Assembly: GCA_963707985.1 (NCBI GenBank)
Contig: CAVPRW010000039.1
Location: forward strand, 48,443 to 112,442
Direction: 5' to 3'
Length of the DNA stretch: 64,000 bases
DNA from: an uncultured Nitrospinota bacterium
GTDB lineage: Bacteria > Tectomicrobia > Entotheonellia > J063 > CAVPRW01
Shown: positions 22,950-33,508 of the stretch, piece by piece
How positions within the stretch are numbered: the first letter of the stretch is position 1
How the letters are laid out: each line of letters starts with the position of its first letter
Translations under genes and position numbers: made by a program
The notes under the pieces: model-generated
The model's input: only the letters and a program-made list of their open reading frames with translations
Database searches by the model: none
What the model was told of the DNA's origin: nothing

Positions 22950-23314
22950 TCACTTCTCCACCTTTGTCGTTTGGCTACCCTTCGCCGTCAAGGCAATCCG
23001 GGGGAAAGCCGAGTCGGGGGTCGCCCCATGCCAGTGCTTTTCCCCGGCATGAACGTGTATCATATCGCCGGCGGTGATAACTTCTTCGATCGCTTCCGTG
23101 GCGAAGATGCCTTTTCCGGCGATGACGCATAACACCTGGTTACTGGTGTGGATATGCATCTCGTTTTGTTGCGTGCGCCAGGGCTGAAATTGACGATGTT
23201 GATATTGAAGTCATTGCCCATCTCAGGTGTGACTAATGACTGCCGTGTGACGCGTCCTCCGGTGAAGAGGGGGTTGTCGGGAGATTCCTCGGGGACCTCA
23301 TAGGGCTTAATCAC
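22950..23314 (-). pseudogene. Cupin-domain protein, frameshifted near 23165
   Basis: VNFSPGARNK then, in another frame, HIHTSNQVL...GEKHWHGATPDS. Confidence 0.8.
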
Positions 23315-23582
23315 TTTCCTGAGTGGTTACTGCTTCAGGTTTGCATACTCTGGTTGCTCACTGCTGAGCCGTTTCTTGTAGCACACTATCGCCCAGGCGA
23401 CAAGCCAATACCTCGGAAAGAGTTTACATTTGATGGAAATAGGGCTAGCATACGCCTGCTCGCTGACCCGTACCTCCATCAGGGCTCGCCTCAGCGAGCG
23501 TGTGACTGTGGGACCATCATAGGGGCAGGCGCATGGGTCCAGGCTATCGGTGGCTGACCGGGAGACGAGGAGAGCATGCCGT

Positions 23583-25430
23583 ATGAAAGTGGTTATCTTA
23601 GTCAAGCAAGTCCCGCTGGTAACGGATCTCAAGTTCGACCCCGAGACGAAGACGCTCATTCGCGAGGGGGTCCCAAACGTCATCAATCCGTATGATCGCT
23701 ACGCGATCGTCGAGAGTGTCAAATTAAAGAAGGCCCATGGCGGGGAGGCGGTGGCCGTGACCATGGGGCCCCCACAGGCGCGCGAGGCCATGGTAGAAGC
23801 CCTGGCGCTTGGCTGCGACCGGGCCGTGCACATCGTCGATCGTGCTTTCGCCGGGTCGGATACCCTTGCTACCGCACGTGCGCTCAGTCTGTTTCTGAAG
23901 AAAGAGGGGTTTGACCTCGTGTTTTGCGGCAAATACTCAGTCGATGCCGAAACCGGCCAGGTTGGCCCCGAGGTTGCCGAGTTACTCGACATCCCGCAAA
24001 TCACCGGCATCACTAAGCTGGAGGTGACCGACGGCGGACGCCATATCAAGGCCACACGTGGCACTGATGAGGGACAAGAGGTGGTCGAGTGCGATCTTCC
24101 GGCCCTGCTGACGGCTGAGGAGCGTCTGAATCGGCCTGGTCAGACCCCGGCGCCGGCGTTTGAGGCCGCCCGCGACCGGCCGATCGAGGTGCTGACCGCC
24201 AGCGATCTTGCCCAGGATCCGGCGGTGTTCGGCTTTGCCGGCTCACCCACCTGGGTGTCCGAGATTTACTCAGTGGCCACCACGCGTCAGCCTCTTATGC
24301 TGGATGCGTCTTCCGCGGACGACGTGGTACATACGCTCACCGACCATTTGCTGAGCCATGGACTGTTCGACACCTGGCAGGGGGTGCACGAGATGCCACG
24401 TGTCACAGCCAGGACTCCTGGAGCGCGTCCGGATCGCGCTATATGGGTGGTGAATGAAACGCTGCTCGGGAAGATGCATAGTGCCACTCGTGAGCTCTTA
24501 GGGAAAAGTGTTGAGCTGGCGGATCGATTGCAAGGGGATGTAGTGGGTGTGTCGATCGGCTCAACTCATGGTGATGAGGCTGCCGAGATGGCCGCGTTCG
24601 GGGCTGATCGAGTGTTGCAACTCGAGGGGCCACAGCTCGCCGATTACTCGCCGGAAGGCTACGCCAATGCCCTGGCGCAGGCCATTCAGGAGTTCCGGCC
24701 CTATGCTGTGTTGATCCCAGCGACGGTGAAGGGGCGTGACTTCGCGCCGCGGGTTGCCGCACGCCTCCAGCTTGGGCTGACCGGTGATGCCATTGGCCTG
24801 GAGATCGACGATCAGGAGCGCCTGATCCAGCTGAAACCGGCGTTCGGGGGCAACATCGTGGCGCCAATTCTGTCGAAAACGTTTCCACAGATGGCGACGG
24901 TGCGGCCCGGGATGTTGCATTCGATGCAACCAGATTGGTCGCGCCAACCCAGCATCCAACGCTTGGAGCTGGCAGACATCGGCCCGGTCCGGACCCAGAT
25001 GGTGCAGGCTACCCAAGAGGTTGACGCCAGCGAAACCTCCCTGGAAGAGGCGGACATCGTGGTGGGCGTCGGCACCGGCTTAGGGCGCCGCGAAAATCTT
25101 AAGCTGGTGCGCGAGTTGGCGGAGGTTCTCGGGGCGGCAATCGCGGCCACGCGGCGCGTGACGGACGCCAATTGGCTGCCCCGGCAGCATCAGGTGGGCT
25201 TGACCGGTAAAGCGATCGCGCCAAAACTGTACTTTGCGCTGGGCATCCGTGGGGTGATGAATCATACGATCGGTATCCAGCGCGCTCAGACGATTGTTGC
25301 CATCAATACCGACCCCGAAGCGCCGATTTTTCAGGTAGCGAACTACGGCATCGTGGGCGATTGTCTGCACATCATTCCGGCGCTGACGCAGGCGCTGGCC
25401 GAGGCGAAGCAGCGTCGACAGGGACCATAG
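23583..25430 (+). CDS. Fused electron transfer flavoprotein beta-alpha
   Basis: EtfB: VKQVP, NPYD, GSDTLATA, DAETGQVG. EtfA: GLTGD, PAFGGN, QVGLTGK, AINTDPEAPIF. Confidence 0.92.
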   Translation: MKVVILVKQVPLVTDLKFDPETKTLIREGVPNVINPYDRYAIVESVKLKKAHGGEAVAVTMGPPQAREAMVEALALGCDRAVHIVDRAFAGSDTLATARALSLFLKKEGFDLVFCGKYSVDAETGQVGPEVAELLDIPQITGITKLEVTDGGRHIKATRGTDEGQEVVECDLPALLTAEERLNRPGQTPAPAFEAARDRPIEVLTASDLAQDPAVFGFAGSPTWVSEIYSVATTRQPLMLDASSADDVVHTLTDHLLSHGLFDTWQGVHEMPRVTARTPGARPDRAIWVVNETLLGKMHSATRELLGKSVELADRLQGDVVGVSIGSTHGDEAAEMAAFGADRVLQLEGPQLADYSPEGYANALAQAIQEFRPYAVLIPATVKGRDFAPRVAARLQLGLTGDAIGLEIDDQERLIQLKPAFGGNIVAPILSKTFPQMATVRPGMLHSMQPDWSRQPSIQRLELADIGPVRTQMVQATQEVDASETSLEEADIVVGVGTGLGRRENLKLVRELAEVLGAAIAATRRVTDANWLPRQHQVGLTGKAIAPKLYFALGIRGVMNHTIGIQRAQTIVAINTDPEAPIFQVANYGIVGDCLHIIPALTQALAEAKQRRQGP

Positions 25431-25490
25431 GGTGAGGGCGCAGCCGCAGGGCGCCCTCGGTGGATAGGCTCAGCTCGAAAGGAGGAGCCC

Positions 25491-26315
25491 ATGTCGATTA
25501 TTACGATTTCACGAGGGTCCCTCAGTGGTGGCAGGGCGCTGGCCGAACGGCTGGCTGATCGGCTAGGCTATCGGTGCATCAGTAGCGAAACCCTTATCGA
25601 AGCGGCAGCCAAGTATGGAGTCTCCGAGCCCAAGCTCTCGGAAGTTTTCGAGAAAACCCCAAGCTTTTGGGAGCGGCTCACGAAATCACGCCGGCTCTAC
25701 CTCATTTTCATCCAGGCGGCGATGTGCGAGCTGGCTCAGCAAGGCAAACTGATCTACCATGGACAGGGAGGCCAGCAGCTCCTCAAGGGCATCAGTCACA
25801 TCATGAAGGTGCGCCTAATCGCGCCGCTGGAGTATCGCCTCAAAATCGCCATCGAGCGTCAGGGTCTGTCGAGCCGTGAAGCCGCTAGGCAATACCTCCA
25901 GCAGGTGGATGAGGAGCGCCTGCGTCGCATGCGCTATCTGTTCAACGTCGACTGGCGTGACCCCGCCCTCTACGACGTGGTGCTCAATATCGAGCACATG
26001 AGTCTGGAGACGGCGGCCGATGTGGTCATCTATATGGCACAACATCCTGAATATCAGCCAACACCAGCTTCCGAGAAGAAGCTCAACGACCTGACGCTCA
26101 GCTGCCGCATCAGGGCGTTGCTGGCTGCCAATCCGATTACCAGCGGGATTGATGTGGAGGTGCGCACGGATGACGGCATCATCTGGATAACCGGCCTCAT
26201 CGACTCTGGAGAGCTGGAGTACGAAATCATTCACATCGCACAAACCGTGTCAGGCGTCAAAGAGGTCATTTCCGACCTGGAAATCAAACCCGTCTTCCCC
26301 TATCCAGGGCCATGA
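25491..26315 (+). CDS. Cytidylate kinase-like protein with C-terminal BON domain
   Basis: IITISRGSLSGG, VRLIAP, DPALYDVVLN; BON-like DVEVRTDDGIIWITG...VSGVKEV. Confidence 0.85.
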   Translation: MSIITISRGSLSGGRALAERLADRLGYRCISSETLIEAAAKYGVSEPKLSEVFEKTPSFWERLTKSRRLYLIFIQAAMCELAQQGKLIYHGQGGQQLLKGISHIMKVRLIAPLEYRLKIAIERQGLSSREAARQYLQQVDEERLRRMRYLFNVDWRDPALYDVVLNIEHMSLETAADVVIYMAQHPEYQPTPASEKKLNDLTLSCRIRALLAANPITSGIDVEVRTDDGIIWITGLIDSGELEYEIIHIAQTVSGVKEVISDLEIKPVFPYPGP

Positions 26316-26508
26316 GACGCCAGATGCTAGGTTGAGGCGATTCGGCCTCTGCCGTTGGGAGCGGGTGAGGGAGGGGACAACAGGGGATGATCGACCGGTC
26401 GAGGTCCCCTCACACCAGCCTTTTTCAGTGGGAGACGGGGGGCGATGCAGTTGCTGACCGTGCTTGCCTTATGCTGAGGTGCACGCTCACATGGGGAGAG
26501 AACCAAGC

Positions 26509-27090
26509 ATGCCGGTGTGGCTGGTTGCTACATGGCTGAGTCTCCTCTGGGCAGGGTTTGCCTGGGGGCAGATCTACAAGTGGGTGGACCGCCAGGGCAA
26601 TATACACTTTACCGATAATCCGAGCCGGATCCCGTCGGAATACCGGCCCCATGTCGAAGTGGAAAGGGCCACTCCGCTTGCGCCACTCCCCACCCCAAGT
26701 GAGGATGCCGCCTCGGTTCCACCGAACGAATCCGCAACGCCCGGGGCATTACCACCAGCTCCCCCACCGACGGATCGCCTGGGACGGGGACCCGACTATT
26801 GGCAGCAATTGGCTCAGCACTGGGGTACCCAGCTGCAGCAGCATCTTCAGGAGCGCGACCGGCTACAATTACTCTACAACTATGCGCGCCATCTCGCGAG
26901 CTATACCCGGGACACCTCCGATCGTGGCAAGATATATGCCGACAGCGCTCGCCTAGAAAAAGCCATGGCCGAAACCGAGAAGCAGATCAAAGAGGCAGAG
27001 ACTATGCTACACACGACGCTGCCCCTGGAAGCCAGGCAGCTAGGAGCGAACCCTGAATGGCTCAAGCTGCCAGGGTCGACACCGCAGTGA
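26509..27090 (+). CDS. DUF4124 secreted protein with coiled coil
   Basis: Signal peptide; IYKWVDRQGNIHFTDNP. Confidence 0.82.
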   Translation: MPVWLVATWLSLLWAGFAWGQIYKWVDRQGNIHFTDNPSRIPSEYRPHVEVERATPLAPLPTPSEDAASVPPNESATPGALPPAPPPTDRLGRGPDYWQQLAQHWGTQLQQHLQERDRLQLLYNYARHLASYTRDTSDRGKIYADSARLEKAMAETEKQIKEAETMLHTTLPLEARQLGANPEWLKLPGSTPQ

Positions 27091-27221
27091 GGGAATGCCA
27101 TATACATCGGCGGCAATTTGGTATACACTTGAATTGTTCTCCGTTGACCCGTCTCGAAGGCTAGCGACGGATCGGGTGGGAGATAGGGGACAGTGAGAGT
27201 TCACTCGAGGAGGAGGGGTTT

Positions 27222-28112
27222 GTGGACCCTTTAATCATTCACACACAGCCATCGCTCCGCCAGCCAGTTCTGATTTTATCGTTTGCCGGATGGAATGATG
27301 CCGGAGAGGCGGCCACCAGCGCGGCGCAATTCCTGTGTTCACGATTGAATGCCGAGAAATTTGCCAGTCTCGAGCCCGAGGAGTTCTATAATTTTGCCGA
27401 GCTCCGACCACGCGTGCGGTTGGTCAAAGGTCAACGGGAAGTCACCTGGCCCGCTAACGAGTTTTTTTACGTTCAGGATCCCAGCCTCGTCCAGGATTTG
27501 GTGATTGGCGTCGGCATTGAGCCGCATCTGAGATGGAAAACCTATGTCAAGGCGATTCTCGACCTGGCGCGCCAATGCCAGGTGAGCATGGTGCTAACGC
27601 TTGGCGCCTTGCTGGCAGAGGTGGTGTATTCGCGGCCGGTGCGGATCTCTGGTTCAACGACCGACCCTGAACTAGCGGCACGGCTACACCTCAATGTCAG
27701 GACCTCGCGCTATGAAGGCCCTACCGGGATTGTCGGCATTCTGAACGACACCTGCCGACGGGAGGGAGTGCCAGCGGTGAGCTTGTGGGCAAACGTGCCA
27801 CATTACCTGTCGAACACTCCGAATCCCAAAGCCATGTATGCCCTAGTACGCCGCGTCCTTGGTGTCCTCGATCATCCGCTCGACTTACACGATGTGGAGA
27901 CGGCCGTGAGCGACTTTGAAACCAAGGTCGCAGAGGTGATCGCTAACAATCCCGCCGTGGCCTCGTATGTCCGTCAGCTTGAAGAGCGCGATACGGACGA
28001 GGGGGAAGAAGCTCCCCCACGCCGGGAGTCCGAATTACCCAGTAGCGATCAGCTGGTCCAAGAGCTGGAGCAATTCCTACGGCAGCAGCGCCGCGACAGG
28101 CCGTCTGAGTGA
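27222..28112 (+). CDS. PAC2 family (proteasome assembly chaperone-like)
   Basis: FAGWNDAGEAA, EPHLRW, YEGPTGIVG, LWANVPHY. Confidence 0.9.
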   Translation: MDPLIIHTQPSLRQPVLILSFAGWNDAGEAATSAAQFLCSRLNAEKFASLEPEEFYNFAELRPRVRLVKGQREVTWPANEFFYVQDPSLVQDLVIGVGIEPHLRWKTYVKAILDLARQCQVSMVLTLGALLAEVVYSRPVRISGSTTDPELAARLHLNVRTSRYEGPTGIVGILNDTCRREGVPAVSLWANVPHYLSNTPNPKAMYALVRRVLGVLDHPLDLHDVETAVSDFETKVAEVIANNPAVASYVRQLEERDTDEGEEAPPRRESELPSSDQLVQELEQFLRQQRRDRPSE

Positions 28113-28200
28113 GTCCGCTGGCCGGTTAGATGCGGCAGAGGGGGTGATTGCCCTTAAGCACTGGCCTTCTGCACAGGTCGCGGCGGTGCCGAAGCGGCAT

Positions 28201-29112
28201 CTAACCCTTTAGCTGTGGTCGAATGAGGTTGCCGAAGGCCTCAAGGCTGGCACTGGTCGCTGCATGCGACTGTGTGGACATTTCGAGGACGAAATGCTGG
28301 ATGCCGAGATCTTGGTAAGCTCCTAGCCGCTCCACAATGCTCGCGATACTTCCTGTGAGTTGATCACGGCCAGGTCGTCTGGGCTGGTAGTGCAATACAT
28401 CCTGGGACACCCCCTCGATGGCACAAGGGATGCGCAGGGAGAAGACCGGTTCTCCCATACGTCCCTGTCGCGTCCACCTGCGGCGCACATCAGAGATACC
28501 TGCCCTGAGTTCGTCGAATGGCATGGCGGTCGCGTGCCAGCCGTCTCCAAACTCGGCCACACGACGCCGTGCCCGAGGGCTATTGCCACCAATCCAGATG
28601 GGCGGGTGCGGTCGTTGCACGGGCTGGGGTGACGCCTGCATGTCGGCAAATGTGAAGTACCGTCCTTCGAAGCTCACCTTTTCCTGCATCCACAAGGTTT
28701 TGATCAACCGCAGACACTCATCGCTAAATGCCCCACGATCAGCGAATGGCGCACGTAAGGCCGCAAACTCTGGTTCCATCCAGCCCACGGCGGCGCCAAA
28801 AATCAGGCGGCCGCCCGAGAGCTGATCGGTGGTGGCGAGCATTTTCGCCACCACAATAGGGTTGCGATAGGGCAAAATGATGACGCTCGTGCCGATTTTC
28901 ACCCGTGTGGTGATGGCCGCGACATAGTTGAGCAGTGCGAGGGGGTCGAGCATATGGTCGCGGTAGATGATCTCCAGCGTTTGCGGCACCAGGATGTGAT
29001 CGGTCACCCACACCGAATCAAAGCCCAGCGCCTCAGCCCTCCGCACCGTGTCGAGGATCTGTGGGATGTCGATGGGCTTGCCGTAATGCGGGATGCACAT
29101 GCCGAACTCCAT
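28201..29112 (-). CDS. LLM-class (F420/flavin-dependent) oxidoreductase
   Basis: GFDSVWVTDH, LPYRNP, DQLSGGRL, PPIWIGG. Confidence 0.9.
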   Translation of the reverse strand: MEFGMCIPHYGKPIDIPQILDTVRRAEALGFDSVWVTDHILVPQTLEIIYRDHMLDPLALLNYVAAITTRVKIGTSVIILPYRNPIVVAKMLATTDQLSGGRLIFGAAVGWMEPEFAALRAPFADRGAFSDECLRLIKTLWMQEKVSFEGRYFTFADMQASPQPVQRPHPPIWIGGNSPRARRRVAEFGDGWHATAMPFDELRAGISDVRRRWTRQGRMGEPVFSLRIPCAIEGVSQDVLHYQPRRPGRDQLTGSIASIVERLGAYQDLGIQHFVLEMSTQSHAATSASLEAFGNLIRPQLKG

Positions 29113-29133
29113 GGTTCCTCCTCCCTGACCTGA

Positions 29134-29844
29134 CTATTCCTGAGTCCCCGAAGCTCCTGGAAGCCGTCCCTTGAGCGCTTGCTCCACATGGCCGGGCGGC
29201 ACTGGGAGCTGTCGCAGCAAGCCGGCAATGAGGGCCTTCGCCTCGGTCTTATACCAGTCTCGAGCCCCGATGACCACGCCAATCAGGAGACCGTCGGGGT
29301 CGATGAGATAGCTCGTGGGTAAGCCGCGCACGCTGTACTGGCGACTCACCTCCAAGGTGTTGTCCAGCAAAATGGGGAAGTTGAGTTTCAAGTTGTCCAC
29401 AAAGGGTCTGGCGACTCCTTCCCCCTGATGATCCATGGACACCGCCAGCAGCACGAAATCTGTCTGTTTGAAGGTCTGGTAGAGCCGTTCCATACTGGGC
29501 ATCTCTTGCAGGCAGGGAGCGCACCAGGTGGCCCAGAAGTTCAGCAGCACCAGCTTCCCTCTGAATTCTCGCAGCTGGGCCGGTCGACCGTCGAGGGTCA
29601 GCAGGGTAAAATCCGGCGCCGCAGCAGGCTCCGCAGGGCGGCGCATACCCAAGGCTGTATACAAGGGATCAAGCCCTGCAAAAGACCAGGCAGTAGGTCC
29701 GCTGACGTGAGTGCTCCCCGGCAAACCTGATGGCTGCGACACATGTTCCCACCACATGACCGCAGCCACAGCGGCGATCCCCAGAATGACGATGAAGAGG
29801 GCCGTACGCTGTTGTGTCCGAGTCGCCTGCTCTGTAGTGTTCAT
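29134..29844 (-). CDS. TlpA/ResA-like thioredoxin
   Basis: TM anchor; LNFWATWCAPC; GLPTSYLID. Confidence 0.92.
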   Translation of the reverse strand: MNTTEQATRTQQRTALFIVILGIAAVAAVMWWEHVSQPSGLPGSTHVSGPTAWSFAGLDPLYTALGMRRPAEPAAAPDFTLLTLDGRPAQLREFRGKLVLLNFWATWCAPCLQEMPSMERLYQTFKQTDFVLLAVSMDHQGEGVARPFVDNLKLNFPILLDNTLEVSRQYSVRGLPTSYLIDPDGLLIGVVIGARDWYKTEAKALIAGLLRQLPVPPGHVEQALKGRLPGASGTQE

Positions 29845-30425
29845 TATGGTGATACCAGCGGAGCCGTCCCTAGCACCGCAGGCGTCGGCTTCAGCAATTC
29901 CTGGATGAGCTGCAGGGCCTCGGGCCGCGTCCAGTCTCTCCCACCTACGCCGCGGGCCAGCAGGATGCCATCACGGTCGATGAGATAGGTCGTTGGCATC
30001 CCTGCGACCAGATAGTCTCGGAACACCGAGCCATTTGGATCAAGCAGCGAGGGGAAGGACAGGCCGTGCTTCTGAAAGAAGGCCTTCACCTGGTCGGCAC
30101 CTTCCTTGAGATCGATCGAGATAATGGCCAAACCTTGCTCTTGATACGTTTGGTGTAGTCGTTCCAGGGCTGGCATCTCTTCGCGGCAAGGGATACACCA
30201 TGTGGCCCAGAAATTGAGGAATACCACTTTGCCACGGTATTGTTGCAGCGAGACCTGCTGCCCATCAGTGTTGAGCAGCGTAAAGTCTGGGGCCGCTTTC
30301 GGAGGAACCTTGGCCATGCCCATGGCTTCTAAGAGCTGCTCGCGTGCATCGGTCACTTTCTCGCCTAGAAGCAACCCAAGGGCTGCCACGATGATGGTCA
30401 CATGGCCTACGGCCTTGCGTCGCAT
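29844..30425 (-). CDS. TlpA/ResA-like thioredoxin
   Basis: LNFWATWCIPC; GMPTTYLID; AAGGAG RBS. Confidence 0.92.
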   Translation of the reverse strand: MRRKAVGHVTIIVAALGLLLGEKVTDAREQLLEAMGMAKVPPKAAPDFTLLNTDGQQVSLQQYRGKVVFLNFWATWCIPCREEMPALERLHQTYQEQGLAIISIDLKEGADQVKAFFQKHGLSFPSLLDPNGSVFRDYLVAGMPTTYLIDRDGILLARGVGGRDWTRPEALQLIQELLKPTPAVLGTAPLVSP

Positions 30426-30520
30426 CGCGTTCTCCTTCTGACCCCGCACGACCAGTCGCATGGTTCCGGAGTCGCTTGTGGTCTATTGGCGCTGCTACAC
30501 CTCGCCGGACTCGATACCGG

Positions 30521-31219
30521 TCACATCGCCCCTGAATTGCGCGGCGCGGAAGCCTGTGGGGCCGGATCGAGCAGCGAGGTGATGAGCGCGCGGGCATCGG
30601 CTTGCGCCCAATCATAGCCACCAATCTTCACGGTCACGACCCGCCCTTCACGATCCAACAGATAGGTGGTCGGAAGCGAGGTGACCCCATACAAGCGCGT
30701 AACCTGTCCCACGGTGTCCAGCAAGGTGATGAAGCGCAGCTGGCGTCGGTCCACAAATGGTTGGACTACCTCACCCCCCTGCACGTCGCTGGCGACCGCC
30801 ACAACCTCAAGGCCGGCATCCTGATAGGTCTGGTGCAACCCGACCATGGACAACATCTCAGGCTGGCATGGTTTGCACCAGGTGGTCCAGAAGTGCAGTA
30901 AAACCACCCGGCCGCGAAAACTCGCCACATCTCGCCTGGTTCCATCCAGATCCCGTAACGCAAAATCCGGTGCCACAACGGTTCTGCTTGACATTGGCAG
31001 GGCAGGGGTGGTCCCATCCGCCCAATATCCCTGGAGCTGGAGAAGCGTTAGCATCCCTGGGACCGTAACCATCATGGCGAGGAGTAGAGGCCTGGATTTC
31101 CAAACTTTGCGCAGATCAGTCACCATCAGGAGACCCACCGGTTGCATGCTGCCACGAGCGGCGCGACCATCGTCCCTTGCTTCACCACTCCCGTATGACA
31201 CCCTTTCCCCATCATACAC
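30521..31219 (-). CDS. TlpA/ResA-like thioredoxin
   Basis: LHFWTTWCKPC; SLPTTYLLD; start uncertain. Confidence 0.88.
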   Translation of the reverse strand: MYDGERVSYGSGEARDDGRAARGSMQPVGLLMVTDLRKVWKSRPLLLAMMVTVPGMLTLLQLQGYWADGTTPALPMSSRTVVAPDFALRDLDGTRRDVASFRGRVVLLHFWTTWCKPCQPEMLSMVGLHQTYQDAGLEVVAVASDVQGGEVVQPFVDRRQLRFITLLDTVGQVTRLYGVTSLPTTYLLDREGRVVTVKIGGYDWAQADARALITSLLDPAPQASAPRNSGAM

Positions 31220-31272
31220 TATCTCATGGAGAGGACAAACTTTTGTCAGATTTGTCGCTGTTGAGGCCCTTC

Positions 31273-32253
31273 TTAACTGTCGGCAGGGTCGGCTGGTAAG
31301 AAGTTGTCCGGCCGCGACGTGAGCTGTACCAACGGCTCGGATTCAAGCTGAATGGTTGTGTGTTCAATCCCAAAGCGTTCGTGCAGGAGTGTATGGAGCG
31401 CGCCAAGAATGCGGGTGCCTGCCGCTAGGTCGTCCACGACTACGTGGCCACTCATGGCGTCCTTTCCTGACGTCAGCGTCCAGACATGCAAATCGTGCAC
31501 TGCACGGACACCAGGGACGGTGATCATCCCGGCGTCGATCTCACGAATGTTCAGATGTGGCGGCACTCCCTCCATCAGGATGTGCAAGGCCTGACGCACC
31601 AAAACCCAGGTCCGAGGCAGGATGAAGACTCCGATGGCGGCGCTGCTCAGCGGGTCAATGAGGTAAAATCCCGTGGTCTGGATAATGACAGCTGCGACGA
31701 TCACGCCCAGGGAGCCCAGGGTGTCACTCAGCATTTCCAGGTAGGCGCCATGGATGTTGAGGCTCGTTTCTGCCCCATGATGTAAAAGCCCCATGCCAAG
31801 CAGGTTTACGATAAGCCCCAGGACCGCAATGGCGAGCATGGGGCCGGCGTGAATCTCGGGCGGTGCCCATACCCGCAGGACAGCCTCATACAGGATATAG
31901 CCCGCCACCAAGAAGAGGACTACGCCGTTCGCCACGGCAGCCAGAATCTCTGCACGCAAGTAGCCATAGGTGTTCTCCATTGTGGGAGATTTCTGGGCGA
32001 ACCACACCGCCAGCAGGCTCATGCTCAGGCCACCCACATCGGTCAGCATATGGCCAGCATCGGCCAAGAGCGCCAGACTCCCAGTCCATAACCCGCCGAC
32101 GATCTCGATCACCATCAGGCTCGCTGTCAGCCCGAGAGCCCCGAGCAACCGGCCTGTGTGATGACTCGTCGAGGATGCTCCGCCAGGTGCCTCCATGCGA
32201 TCGACCCCCATCTGGACGGAGTGGTCGTGCATGACCTCGAACGCTGCCTCCAA
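31273..32253 (-). CDS. czcD: Cation diffusion facilitator (CzcD/ZitB-like)
   Basis: SLALLADAGHMLTD, TYGYLRAEILAA, VHDLHVW, HTTIQLE. Confidence 0.9.
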   Translation of the reverse strand: MEAAFEVMHDHSVQMGVDRMEAPGGASSTSHHTGRLLGALGLTASLMVIEIVGGLWTGSLALLADAGHMLTDVGGLSMSLLAVWFAQKSPTMENTYGYLRAEILAAVANGVVLFLVAGYILYEAVLRVWAPPEIHAGPMLAIAVLGLIVNLLGMGLLHHGAETSLNIHGAYLEMLSDTLGSLGVIVAAVIIQTTGFYLIDPLSSAAIGVFILPRTWVLVRQALHILMEGVPPHLNIREIDAGMITVPGVRAVHDLHVWTLTSGKDAMSGHVVVDDLAAGTRILGALHTLLHERFGIEHTTIQLESEPLVQLTSRPDNFLPADPADS

Positions 32254-32353
32254 TGAATAGTGTGGAGGATACCCCGCTGATAAGCCATAGACACTGGCCG
32301 GTCGCCAACCTGCAGGGCCTCATGAGCATCACTCACTGCCGATGGGTGGGTCA

Positions 32354-32683
32354 TCATCGTGGCCAGTACATGATCACTAGGACCCCAGCTAGGCAGAGGC
32401 TACCACCCAGTAGATCATACCGATCTGGTGCGATGCGGTCCACACCCCATCCCCAAATAATTGACAATACAACAAAAATTCCCCCATAAGCGGCATAGAC
32501 CCGGGCGAAGTACGACGGCTGATAGGTCGGAACGATCCCATAGAGAAATAGCACCAGCGCGCCAGCAATCCCCACGGCCCCATGGGCTCCGTCCCGCCAC
32601 CATTGCCAGACGAGATATCCGCCACCGATTTCACACACTCCTGCCAACACGAATAACGCCAAGGAGGACACGACCTGAGCCAT
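32354..32683 (-). CDS. ynfA: YnfA (UPF0060) membrane protein
   Basis: [32 protein letters not shown]. Confidence 0.92.
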   Translation of the reverse strand: MAQVVSSLALFVLAGVCEIGGGYLVWQWWRDGAHGAVGIAGALVLFLYGIVPTYQPSYFARVYAAYGGIFVVLSIIWGWGVDRIAPDRYDLLGGSLCLAGVLVIMYWPR

Positions 32684-32701
32684 GCGATTGCTCGCGCTCC
32701 T

Positions 32702-33508
32702 CTACATAGGAAACCACAGCAACGGTGCCCCACCTTCCTGATCATGGTAAAACCGTGCCTGCACCTGAAACACGCGCTTAATCGTGTCGACATTCAGCAC
32801 CTCGATCGACGGACCATCCCGGACCACCATGCCGTCATCGAGCAGGATCAGCCGAGGAAAACACCGCACGGCCAGGCTGAGGTCGTGCATGACCGCTACT
32901 ACCCCCATACCATCTCTCGCTAAGCGTTGCAAGAGCTGCATGACATGCGCTTGATGGGCAATGTCCAGATTGGCTGTTGGCTCGTCGAGCAGCAAGAACC
33001 GCGGCTCCTGCGCCAACGCCTGCGCGAGAAAAATCAGCTGCCGCTCGCCGCCGGAGACTTCGGTGATAGGGCGCTGGGCCAGAAACGCTGTACCTGTCAC
33101 CGCCATAGCGTGGTGCACCATGGCCTCATCGTGTGGGGAGGCTGCACGAAAGCGTCCACGGTGGGCATGGCGGCCCATACGTACGATGTCGTGCACATGG
33201 AACCCGAAGTCGATACGCACCTGCTGGGGCAGCAACGCCATCTGGCGGGCGATGGCTTTGCGCGTCATGTGGCTCAGGAGCTGGCCATCAAGCCGCACCT
33301 CTCCCTGACGAACCGGCAGCAAGCTGGCGATGACGTGGAGCAGCGTTGATTTCCCTGCGCCGTTGCGACCCACGATGGCGATCAGTTCACCGCTGGTCAC
33401 CTGCAGGGAAATGTCCTTCAAGATCTGGCGCTCTCCAGCCTGATAGGTGATATGCTGCAGGGCGAGGGTATGTGCAGCGGCGTCATCGGCGCGTGGTGGA
33501 ACAGTCAT
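32702..33508 (-). CDS. Cobalamin/iron-complex ABC ATPase (BtuD/FecE-like)
   Basis: GRNGAGKST, VSGGERQ, LLDEPT, HDL. Confidence 0.92.
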   Translation of the reverse strand: MTVPPRADDAAAHTLALQHITYQAGERQILKDISLQVTSGELIAIVGRNGAGKSTLLHVIASLLPVRQGEVRLDGQLLSHMTRKAIARQMALLPQQVRIDFGFHVHDIVRMGRHAHRGRFRAASPHDEAMVHHAMAVTGTAFLAQRPITEVSGGERQLIFLAQALAQEPRFLLLDEPTANLDIAHQAHVMQLLQRLARDGMGVVAVMHDLSLAVRCFPRLILLDDGMVVRDGPSIEVLNVDTIKRVFQVQARFYHDQEGGAPLLWFPM

